Origin: Patellaria atrata CBS 101060
Taxonomy: Eukaryota
DNA length: 64,000 nt
NCBI GenBank assembly: GCA_010093705.1
Contig: MU006090.1
Span: 434,001-498,000 of the forward strand
Reading direction: 5' to 3'
Shown here in pieces: positions 1 to 10,999 of the stretch (positions are counted from its first letter, which is position 1; each line of letters starts with the position of its first letter). The translations under genes and the position numbers were made by a program. The notes beneath the pieces are model-generated. The model searched no databases. It was not told the DNA's origin and was given only the letters and a program-made list of their open reading frames with translations.

Positions 1-1461
1 CTCCTCGAGTATGATCAACCAGGTAGATACGTGCTCGAGATTGGCGTGAAAAGAAGAATCGACTCGAGACCCCCCTCTTTGGGATACTTTGTGTTTGGAA
101 GCTCGGTGCTTCACGAAGTCGGTAGGCTTTTTCTTAAGTATGAATGTCAGGATATCCACAAATACACACCCGAGCGCATATACGTCGGCCTGTTTAGAAG
201 CTACAAAGGAATTTGGGCTTGTTTCGGCGTTGTAAAGTGGTGATGTCTTGTCGAATCCGAAATCGAACCCAGCATTAGCCAAGCTTGACATGTTAACAAC
301 GCTCCCAAGGCTATTTATCTTAGGCCTAAACTGCTTGCGAGATGATGCGCTTGATATAGATTGTCCCGAAGATCCTTTGCTGCTAACGGAACTTTGACGC
401 GAGGTGGTACCTTCTTTGCGAGCGTCCGGGGTGGAACCCATTGTTGGAGTTGGGATGTGTGCCTCCGGTGCTCCATAATTATAGGTTTCAGTAGGGTCGG
501 ATTTCTTGTCACGTTGAAAAGATTGCAGGCTGCCGATATCACTGAAAGCGATATTGTTTTGCTTGTCAATTATAATATTCGAAGGTCGGATGGCGGAATG
601 CGACAAACCATGTCGATGTAAGGCAGCTACAGCATCTGCAAGGCAATGCAACCAATTCAATAAGAGAGGATGTCTATCTCCCTTGGGTACTCTTTGCAAT
701 TGCATAGGATTGCGATGATCTATGTATGATCTTAGAGTATGTTCTCCAACGAATGGAGTCAAGAAGTATCCCGTTCCTTTCGTGGTATAAGATGCCCAGA
801 CAGAAGCAACGTGTTCATGGCGAAAGAGCTTCGAGGTCTCGATATCTTGCAGGAATCGGTTGAGACTCGTCGTATCGGTCTCAACGTCTCCTATATTGAC
901 TTTTCTCCGAACAAATATCTCGTCCGCCCGGCGAGGGAGATGTACTCTTGACCATTTCTGTAGGTAGACTGCGGGTGGTAACTTTTGGACCATTTCAAGT
1001 GGAATGACTTCGTTAGGGCCATATTCGATGTGAACCCCTTCTCGAAGCTCTCGTAGTAGGTAGGTGAACTGCGTCATGTAAAACTTTTGGTTTAGCTGCT
1101 CGTCGTTCTCATATGACAGCGCAAGCGTTTCGACTGTTTCCAAGGGAACTGGTAGGTCATCATCGTCAAATGAGTCGTCGATTACGCCAAATATCTGCTC
1201 GGGTACTCCACACTCCACGAGTGTCAGAAACAAACGCTTTGCTCTTTCCAGAATCCAGTCCAGGTACGTATCGTCTGTAAGGCCAGAGCCGAATCCTAAG
1301 GGTCTGTGAAGTAGTCTTCTTTCATCCGGACGTAGCCTGCTTGAAATGAACTCCGGTGTCACCTTCGCGTCGATTCGTTCCTGGGTCCACCAGACTTGTT
1401 GAATAGCTGTGTGCGGTGTTACCAAAGAGTGCCCAGCATAGCCATATATGAATGCATTCAT
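1..1461 (-). CDS. Protein kinase-fold protein, probable pseudokinase; 3' end lies beyond the left edge of the window
   Basis: My translation of the minus strand is open from ATG 1461 (alternative in-frame ATG 1509) to base 1: MNAFIYGYAGH...QVWWTQERIDAKVT...PLGFGSGLTDDTYLDWILERAKRLFL...FRHEHVASVWASY...LLNWLHCLADAVAALHRHGLSHSAIRPSNIIID...IAFSDIGS...YNYGAPE...KQADVYALGCVFVDIL. Kinase subdomains VIa-IX are recognisable. The ORF track misses it because there is no stop codon in the window. Confidence 0.88.
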   Translation of the reverse strand, partial: MNAFIYGYAGHSLVTPHTAIQQVWWTQERIDAKVTPEFISSRLRPDERRLLHRPLGFGSGLTDDTYLDWILERAKRLFLTLVECGVPEQIFGVIDDSFDDDDLPVPLETVETLALSYENDEQLNQKFYMTQFTYLLRELREGVHIEYGPNEVIPLEMVQKLPPAVYLQKWSRVHLPRRADEIFVRRKVNIGDVETDTTSLNRFLQDIETSKLFRHEHVASVWASYTTKGTGYFLTPFVGEHTLRSYIDHRNPMQLQRVPKGDRHPLLLNWLHCLADAVAALHRHGLSHSAIRPSNIIIDKQNNIAFSDIGSLQSFQRDKKSDPTETYNYGAPEAHIPTPTMGSTPDARKEGTTSRQSSVSSKGSSGQSISSASSRKQFRPKINSLGSVVNMSSLANAGFDFGFDKTSPLYNAETSPNSFVASKQADVYALGCVFVDILTFILKKKPTDFVKHRASKHKVSQRGGSRVDSSFHANLEHVSTWLIILEE

Positions 1462-2069
1462 GGCTATGGTGTTAGGGGTAATGACGTTAGTCAAGGTTCG
1501 GGAGCCCATGTTGTCGAACACCCGGCCTAAGAGCCTTCGCCAGGAAATTTTGATGCAGTCGAGTGAGACAATTTGACTCACGACGATCATCAAGGAGGAT
1601 GATGGTGCTTGTTAAAGTGGTATGAATCCGTTCAAGGCCATATCCGTTCTCATCCATGCGTCTGCTGTGCTTCTAAGGTAGGTCGTAAAAAGCTCTATGG
1701 GGACAGTTTCGGGTCGTATTTCAGTAGAAAGAGTCAACCATTCAACCCTACCTGCATCTTCACTCTTAAGGTGACCCCACGGCTGGGTTCCCGGTGTCTG
1801 ATAGAGGTCCATAGTGGCAAGCAACAAACGGACCGGGGCTGAGAGGGTGCAAGAGCCAAATACTATACAGGAAGCGGTTGAATTGGCTTAGAGGTAACCC
1901 GAACCCAATATGTGGGCTTTCCGTATACGGTAAGATTTCGCTGGTGGCAGACGTTTTGGAAGCATCCTCGAATAAGATCAATCCAAAGGTACTTAAGCAT
2001 GTGGCACGGAAAGGCCCGCCGATGAGACCTAAGAGATCATATTCATGATTGGAGGATGTATTGCGTGCT

Positions 2070-2096
2070 CTTAGACCTCTTAGACCTCTTAGACCT
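2070..2096. repeat. Short tandem repeat (CTTAGACCT)x3
   Basis: Three exact 9-nt copies read directly. Confidence 0.85.
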
Positions 2097-3971
2097 CCAC
2101 GTAGATTAGCGACTGGGATAAATGTAGTCATTAGGGCTCTCTGGGTCAGCCCAGGTCCGTTGGTTGGATATTTCTATTTCTTTGCAGACTGACTGCAGTT
2201 GCCCCAATCCTTCTTGTGAAACGTGAACAAATTTTCCCCCCTTACAGAGTGCGTTATGATGATATCCGGCAGATGCATTTTCGTCCATGAGCTTAGGAAA
2301 TATTGAAAAGAAAGAAATGACTGTGAAGGTAACCTACGCTCGAGATCTACAGTACAAAGGTAAGGGAACGCAAGGAATCCACAGATGACTGAAAGATCGG
2401 GCGGAGACGCCCTGTGCGACATATTTCGGAGAGCCGGCGATGCCGAAAAGGGAAGGTCAAAGTACTGGAGGTACCATCTCACCCACCTCAGTTGCACCAA
2501 AGACGATATCAGAGAAGCACTCCCACCTTCAACTGCATACACTTTGAGAGTTCGCATTCGTATTTGTCGCTTCCGAGATACTGGATGACATTCAAATGAT
2601 GACCATACGAGCCGTGCCCTTAAAACACCTCGGTCCTTTTCCCACGTTTCCACATGCAAGTATACAGATCCTTTCTTTTTGACTTATGTACGCAAACTCG
2701 TCCGGTACGTCGAAGATGCCTCTCATCAAGGTGTTTCTCTCATAAGTCGAATCTTCCTTTGAATAATCGACGACGCCTCAAGTCTCATGATATTTGCCGG
2801 ATATTAATTGCATGTGAGAACACGCCGCGGCACAACGGCTCTTACCGTCTTGTAAGGTGTTGTCCTGTACACTGTAGAGTAAGACATCACCCAGCCGTCG
2901 CGTGGTCGTATTTATCTCTTTGATGAAATCTGACATATTACCTTGTTGGGATAATCGTAGTTGGTCGATACTGCTACCGTACCGTAAACTGTGCAGTAAA
3001 CAACACTTTGTACATTTGAAATGCTGACCTGGCATGCAGTCAAGGGAGCCGAGTAGGCGGGTGTAACGAATATAACATCTACTCTGCCTGCAGCCTGGAG
3101 CGACCCAAATAGTTGGGATTTGAGACGAGACCTATCCTTGCGTAGTAATAAAACCAAACTACTTGCTCCATATGTAAGGTATTATTGAGTGGCACCTGTT
3201 CTATTCGTGGACGCTTGATCGACCGGTATCACATAAGAAAGCCGAGTCTAAAACACTTAAAGCCAGTAAGAGTGTTGAGGTATCTGGTACACGTTCTATA
3301 ATTGAGAAGGGGTACAGTTTCATCGTCAACGAGTAAACCCCGTCAAAGAGTTGCTCATGATGAAGCAAACAATAACGTACCCACTAGGTAAATAAGTGAC
3401 ATAAAAAATAGGATGAGCAGTGCGTAGGTATGGACTCTTGGTGAGAACCTCTGGCCCAGAATAGAACGAGCACCAGTCGTATCACACAGTTTATGTGATA
3501 TGGGGGTCACGTAAGATGTAGAACTCAGAATGTATTGTCACACGGTCCTATATAACATTAATCCAACCCCCCAAATACATCGCACCGATCCCACCGAATG
3601 AGACCGACGAGCGTAATCCGAGCTTTCCCAGCTGGACACATGCACGCAATGGAAGAATCAATCCCGAAAAAGAACGCCAGATTCCTTGTGCCAAACCTCG
3701 AGATCCGCACAAAAGAAATCTATATGCAAAAAGGTCCACTCATGATGACCCACAGAGCATATACAGAGAATGCGGGTCTACGTTTTCCCCACCTAGATTA
3801 TTTACTCATTGATTGTCGTACTTCCATCTCTCTTATCTCCCCCCCGGACAATCCGAGTCCCCTAAAGGAAGAGTTCGAATCAGTGGGGGAGGATGATCAT
3901 CATCCACGATAAGCGGCAGGGGAATGTGACCTTGGCCGCCCATACATATCGATGATCTCCTCCGCCCCATG

Positions 3972-6318
3972 TCAATGGCCATCATATCCCGCACCTCTCT
4001 GCCACGGGCTAGAGTTGTTCTGTTGCCTGAAACGATCGCTTCGGTTACTAGCCGCATATCCAGCGCTGGGAACTGGGCTTGCTGTGTTGCTACGTGGATT
4101 GCCGTAGCCTGGTGGGGCATGACGGTTGTCAGAGCCGGTACCTGGGAAGAATGGAACAGATGGATCAACGGGACTGCGAGGTGGGTCGCGATATGGTGAG
4201 GCACTAGGAGCCGGAGGGTTCAAGCCACTTTCAGCCGACTTGGGGAATTGAGTATCGCGTGCGACACTTCCGGATGAGAAAGAGTCGTCATCCTCGTCTA
4301 AGGCTTTGCGTTGACCATAACCTTCTTTACCCTCACCACGAGCAGTTGCACCTAGCGCGTCCAGTTCTGTGGTAAGCTGAGTTTGTGACTTGATGAAAGA
4401 GCCACGGTCATCACGCATAGGCTGGTAACGGGTATCAGGGTTCTTTGAGAAGATTGCGTATCCTGACGAAATGAGAACCATGAGAAGCAAGATCAACGCA
4501 AATGCGGCATTGTAGATGAAGAAGATGACTCCCATGACACCATTTACGATTCCCTAGGCAAGTTAGCGCTGATTCGACCATAGCAGTAAATAAAGCTTAC
4601 CGGTTGATTGAAAACATTCGAGAATACGAGCAAAAAGATGGCGCTCAAGAAATTGATCGCAGAGATTGCGATGTTGAAACCATTCGTCTTCTTATCCATG
4701 TAGGGTCTCATGATCGACAGTGAAATTAGGAAACCAGCCTCGATGATGACGAGTGCAACGGCTTGGGCAACACCGCTCGATTGAGCAAGACCGATGAACA
4801 TACCCTTGACCAAGACGTAGATCAAGCAGGGGACGATATAGTAGTATGCACTGGCTTTGAATTGGACATAGAGGAAGCCCCATTTGTTTAACGAAACCGG
4901 ATCCGAATAGAGGATATAAGCGGGATTCTTGTGCATGGCGATGGAACGCTGAGCGATTCTGATGACTTTGGAGGATGCCCAACCAAGGATGCCGATCATG
5001 CAAACGAGAGTGAAAATGGCAAGAACAACTTCGGCGGCGGAATCTCTGCGAGTAAGCTCATAGAAGCAAAGAACAACCATTTGAGGAAAACCAATGAGGA
5101 CGATACGGAACATGATGCCTTTGAGTACGGTCTTCCATCCATTGCGAAAATCAGAGAACTTGTCGGATTTCATCTTTCCAGCCTTCGATAGCGCTTCACA
5201 GGCATATTTGAAAACGATAACGCCGAGGACGACTAGAAGCACGAATATAACGAAGAAGATATACCCAGTCATGAAGATGTTTGTCGATTCAATCCTCGCA
5301 CGGAAAGCGACACGCTCAATACCATGGACTGTGATAGTCTTGCTAGTTTCGGCTTGAGTCACCTGGTTGTTTGAGCGAGCCGCAATATCGACATAAGCTC
5401 GTTTAAGTAGTCTGTGCATGACTTCCAATGAGCGTTTCTGAACCTGAACGGAGGTGGTCGCGAGACTGGACAGAAGTGTTGCAGGTTTTCCACCAGTAGC
5501 ACGTTGATACCATGTCGCAAGCTTTTGTAGGAACGAGACCCTGATGAGCCCCATGCTCCATTGGAAATTCTGTGTCCAGGATCCAGCAACGGGAGGTAGG
5601 TCAACAGCGGCCATTCCGAGGAAAGCTTGAGCCTGGAAATAACCAAACAAAGACATAGCATTTGCAGCAACATGAGCGGCAGTGTTAGTGTGTCCAAGTC
5701 CGGAAGTGATGGCGGACGCTAGGAGACCCAGGCCAGCAATAACGGCGGTTACCCATCCGACGGCTTTTTGGTAGACAGTGTTTCCATTGGAGAGCTCGGC
5801 TTCGACGCAAGCAAGAGCCTTGCCTTCTGTGTCATTGATATACACACGAACTCTTCCGTCGAGATCGGGAATTGTGTATGCCACCCCTAGATAATGTAAG
5901 TATGAATGAACCATGTTGGCACCGTGGTAGAAACCCTACCTGGAATTTGCTTGACGGTATCCGCATCTAGAACAGCGTTTGACTCTATGTTAATTGTGCC
6001 AGTGTTCATAGGGCAGAGACCTGCTAGATCTTCCGAGTCGCATGGATCGATGGTCTGTTTGAAGGCTTGGTATCCGTAAACAAAGGCCTGGAGATCTGCT
6101 GTAACTTTACCGGAAATTTCCGACACACCGACAATCTCGAATGTCAAGGTATTATTGTCCGGTGTAAAGACGACATTGAATAGGGTTGCTGAGAAACTGG
6201 AGTTTTTTTGGCAAGGATTCAGCGATCGGGACTCTATCAGTCGGATGGCGGATGTGAATGGGAGGAGGGTCAATAAGGCTGCGATGAGAATCGACAGGGT
6301 CGACTGTGAGTATCGCAT
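3972..6318 (-). CDS. FLC/TRP-family (flavin carrier/Pkd2-like) membrane protein with N-terminal ML-like domain; 3 exons (6318-5940, 5886-4601, 4553-3972)
   Basis: Signal peptide, then SLNPCQKNSSFSATLFNVVFTP, IPGVAYTIPDLD, YFQAQAFLGMAAVDLPP..SWTQNFQWSMG, WGFLYVQFKASAYY and several transmembrane helices. GT-AG introns 5887-5939 and 4554-4600 restore the frame. Confidence 0.92.
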
Positions 6319-7119
6319 ATTGTATGAAAGAAATTCAATGTATTATTATATTGCAACTGGGCCCGCTGGAGTAGAAGGTGACTCCAGGAGTACTCGGGAT
6401 GAGTACGATCAATGCGGGAGGCACCAAAACAAAGGTCGTGGACGGGAAACGATCGTAACGACGGGTCGTGATATTAAATTATTGTAAATCGGTCGTTAAG
6501 TTGGAAACGATGGAATTGATGAACGAGTGATGCTTGTGTGAGTTGTTGGATTGAAGAAGCTGGAGAAGAAGAGTGTAGGTGTTATTGATGCTGCGACGTT
6601 CCCCTTGGAAAACCGGGCAGAAGCAGGTTAGCGGGAGGCGAAAAGGCGATGATGTAGCGGCTAGTTAGGGAGGTATGTCTGGAACGATCGTGTTAAACCT
6701 GCGATGTAGCGGTACCGTCCAGCTCGCCGCCTACAAAGCAGATTTGTTGAATAAGGTGAGGTTTGAGGATAAGAAGCGCGAAAGGTGACCAGAGGAGTTT
6801 AGGTTTTGTTCAAGTGAGGAGTCGAAGGAAGAGAAAGAGTCGCTTTGGGCAGGAGAGATTGAGGTTCGTGATGAGACAGCCGGTCAACCAGTGAGAAGAG
6901 GACCAGCTGCCAGGGGAACGTCAAGGGGATGAATTTGCGCCCAGAGCTTTTACTGAGCTCAGCCTCCCTCGTCCTCACGCGGTGCTGTACCGAAAAGGGG
7001 CCCTTCTAACTGAATATGGTCGCGCGCCTACGTAAAAACTTCCTGATGGCTTCATGAATCTTTTGACACGCAACGTCGCCAAAGTCATGTACGGTACGGA
7101 GTAGGAGTTTATCACTTGT

Positions 7120-7154
7120 TCATCATCATCATCATCATCATTTTCATCTTCATC
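7120..7154. repeat. (TCA)n/(CAT)n microsatellite
   Basis: tcatcatcatcatcatcatcattttcatcttcatc read directly. Confidence 0.8.
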
Positions 7155-7860
7155 GAACTTCACTCCTTCTCATGGTGCGCAACTCACTTTCATTATCAAC
7201 CTGGGTTTTATCGATTTCTTGGTTTCGAATTTGAAGAGAAAGGACCGATATGCAAAACTGCGAATGCGACACGGCCATCCGAAGTTGTCAAAAAACCACC
7301 GCCAGCCGGCCAGCCATCCACATCCACACACCCACAGGTCCCAAGTTCACAACCGCTGTTTCGTATATCTGAACTTACACATCCAGCTTAATACAACAGT
7401 ACTCAGCCCTAGATATTTGGTCTCTTTGCACTACATACGAAGTACTTGCTACCCTCAAAGAATTCAGGATCGTTAAACTTCATAGCCAAAATAAATAGGC
7501 ACAACCTTAACTCTAACAAGATCTCTGATCTCCATTCTCTCCGAGCCAAGAACAGACTCTTCGGTACTCCGAAACGTATTCTTTTCTATATTCTCAATCA
7601 TTATACAATGATCGACCACTCTCCGCTTCTTATCCGTCAGGTACCGACGCATTCTCCGCTCTCGCCCTCTCCACAAAACGTTTCTGCGACGCGCGTTTTG
7701 TCTTGGATTCATCGCGCTCGGCTACGATGAGAACCCAGCGGTTTCATACCCTATCTTCTCCTCTTACTAAGCTAAGTTAAAGATCTTTGGTTAAGCGTGC
7801 GCCGACGAATCTATAACGTCAAAGTAATTTCTCTTTTTTGTGTTCAATTTTCATGGAATC

Positions 7861-7950
7861 TCATCTCGTCATTCAAATCTTCATCTCGTCATTCAAATCT
7901 TCATCTCGTCATTCAAATCTTCATCTCGTTATTCAAACCTTCATCTCGTC
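7861..7950. repeat. 20-nt minisatellite TCATCTCGTCATTCAAATCT, about 4.5 copies
   Basis: Three exact copies (7861-7920), one copy with 2 mismatches, and a half copy. Confidence 0.92.
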
Positions 7951-9886
7951 TTTAACTTCCTTTACAGCGTTTTGTCATTTCCATCATGAATCAGAGCGCC
8001 AAGACAGGAAGTAAGACATCCGGTACTAGCGCATGACTGCTCTTTCCATCGAGAACGCCAAGAAAAGGCCTGATTCAGGACGAAACCGAAACGACACCGA
8101 CACTCGGCAATCCGGGAACTTTTTGGATGTTATAATGGGTTGGGTTTCGTACCGAATGCCGATACGAAGGCTGAAGTATGTTGTTTGTTTTCGATGATGT
8201 TTCCCATAGCAATACACTCTGAGAAGACTCTCTCCAATCGTTTCGATTACCTTTATCAGTGGATCTCAATATTTTAACCGGACACACTTGAAATCTACAA
8301 GATTCCTTGCTTTGGTCAGTTGTAAAAGCACCCCTGTACGGACCAAGCCTTTTTGATAGAGACGTACCGAGTATAACACGGAAGTGTCCCTTCCCCAGTC
8401 GCGGTCAGCATTCCTTGGCCACTTTGCGCTTGCACATAGCTCCAAGTGGACTGTGGAATCGATGGTCTTAATTATTCTCTGTAGTCTGTACGGTCTGGGC
8501 CTACCTATGGTTGGGTACCTTTTGTACGTTTTTTGCTTTGCTGTACAGAGGAGTCGGAGATGATTGGAGCGAGAGCATGTAATAACGCTGTCAATATTAC
8601 AGGTGCTATAATTGTACGGTAATGTCTTCATTTGCCGAGGGAAGATTCCCAGGATGCCGGTAATACTGTACGAATATGCTGCTGTAAAAAATAACATAGA
8701 TTCGACACACATGGTCGGCCGTACGCCCGTTCCTAGTACAAAGATTCTCGCTTCTGCTGCGTTTGGTAAAGATGTGCTGTTTGAAAATTTCCTCATGGGT
8801 TATCTGCATTATTGAAGTCAAACACTTCTAGACTTCGATTCTCCTAATACGTTGGTTCTCCCAATATTTTGAATCTCCTGAAGACCTCTCCTCTCTTAAT
8901 ACTTCAATTCTTGTTTAAATCTCGATTCATCTTTAAACCTCAATTCTCCTAAGACAAGCTCTACTTCTCTAAAGCTCCCAAGCCTTCTAAGTCCCAAAGC
9001 CCGCCCCTCCCGAAACCTCGAATCTCCCGCACTCTCGAGCGTCCGAACCCTGACCTCTCATCACCTCAACTCCCAAATACCAAGCTTACACCTATCCCAT
9101 TTCTCCTTACCTATCAAAAAACATCTACACCCTTTCCAACCAAAAGAAAATATACCGCCCATATTCCCCTTTTATCACGCTAACCTCACCACCGCCACCC
9201 CTTCTTCATCTCCCATCCGTCCCCCCTTCCTCACTCTCCCCACCATCCCATCCCCAACGGACTGTACACCGCACATCGTCCGCACATCCACCCCATCACT
9301 CAAGCACCGTACCATCCCGCCATCCTCTCTGAAAACAGGAGAGGAAAATATCGTCTGCGATCTCTCCCTCGTCCCCCCTAAAGAAAGAGAGGAGCGGCTA
9401 CACCCACCCGCTCCTCTTTCACTACCAGATACGGAGACATGGGCTCGGGATTAGCTGTGGACTGCCCAGGAACTACATCGACCGGGATCAAGTCGGCATC
9501 CTCACGCGCCAGAGAGGAAAGTTTTCGCTGCTGTGGAGACTGGGAGATGAGGGGGAAGATAAGTTCGGATAGGTGGTTGATCGCCAGTAGTCGCTCTGGA
9601 AAAGGGGGATATACTGAAATAAATAGTCCGAATTTTCAGGGTTGATAGTATCATCTTTGTAAGGTAGGTAATAAGTTTCTATTCCATTCCGGCGGGATGG
9701 GGGAGGGGTGAGCAGTAGGGAGATCTGTTCAAAGGGAAGGGGGGAGACAACGCGGAGCTGTTTAAGGGAAAGCGTACTCTATGGAATATAGAACAGCAGC
9801 ACATGCGGACACAGGGGGTTAGTATTAAGGTGTGGAACATCCATGGGAATGAGGTGGGTTTGACGGTGGATTGTAAATAGAGGTTA

Positions 9887-9889
9887 TTT

Positions 9890-9921
<32 letters not shown>

Positions 9922-9935
9922 GGGGAGAGGGGGTT
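9887..9935. repeat. T13-G21 homopolymer junction followed by further G runs
   Basis: Poly-T 9887-9899, poly-G 9900-9920, then aggggagaggggg. Confidence 0.85.
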
Positions 9936-10999
9936 GCGTAGTCAACGACGGTGATGGAGAATGTATGTACTCGTAAGAAAGGTTGGGAAGGACGAGGGGG
10001 TTTGATAGTAGTTGTGTGATATTGCTATTTTGATGATAGTCCGAAAATCTTCGATTCTAGGAGCAATTGGTGACTACTGTGTCCAGTACTTCATAAGTCG
10101 CGAAATTTCACATCCAGATAGACCGCGCACCATGCCTATAAAGAGTTAAAGGGCCATAAACATATTTTTGAAGCTCTTAAGTAAAATCACACCTCAAACT
10201 CACTACATCTACGTCCACCACAAACGTTCGGTTGAGATAATCTAAGCGTGGAGATCTGCACCCTCATGCATGATGTCAACTAGCTGATCGGCACCGAGAG
10301 CCGTGTTCTTAGCTTCTCATTATTCATTAAAGATTTCGAACAAATGCCAAAATACGTTCATATGCGGGAAAACAGTAGATGCCACCAGTGCTAATAAAAT
10401 ATCGCTAGTTTCTATCCAACACCTCACCCCTAGAAACCACGAAACCATCCCCACGCAAGCTGTCAACGTGGACAGCACGATAAATCCACGATGAATCCAC
10501 AGAACAAAACCAATCCCAAGATCAAATATAGAAAATTGACATAGAAAAAAACCATACAAATAGAAATGACCCTACCTACCCCTCACAAAAGCAAAAATAG
10601 CCCACAATTCGACTTTCCTCCCCCAATCCAATCAACCCCCTTGGCACATCCCCTCCGAACGCTCAGCGTCCATATAACGATATAAAACCCCCTCCCCTCC
10701 ACCTCCCTCGTTGGCCCACGTTATTAAACCCACGTTCTAGCACGAGTATTTAATCTGCAAACGGCCGGGTAATTCTTCAGACCCCTGCTCCCAATCCCAG
10801 CATCGAGTAAATCTCGTTATTCGTAAAACGGACGCCGAGGCCTGGCTCTTGGAACCGGATAGTAGTGATGTAGGCAATAACCTAACATACACTTCTACAG
10901 TGTGATAAATATACACCTACCACCCTCCCCGGCCATCATGCCCGAACCTCTATCACTGAAGCAAAATCATTTGTTTCAAAACTCTTCACATCCGTCGCA

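Noticed and set aside
1766..3157. Several 60-160-aa ORFs between the pseudokinase and the FLC gene
   Set aside because: No domain-like sequence or coherent exon chain; probably promoter/UTR DNA.
7861..7950. 20-nt repeat as array or element terminus
   Set aside because: Contiguous minisatellite with no spacers, terminal inverted repeats or transposase nearby.
8266..8796. 176-aa minus-strand ORF and possible spliced plus-strand model near 7986-8360
   Set aside because: No recognisable motif; trial splicing gave no convincing protein.
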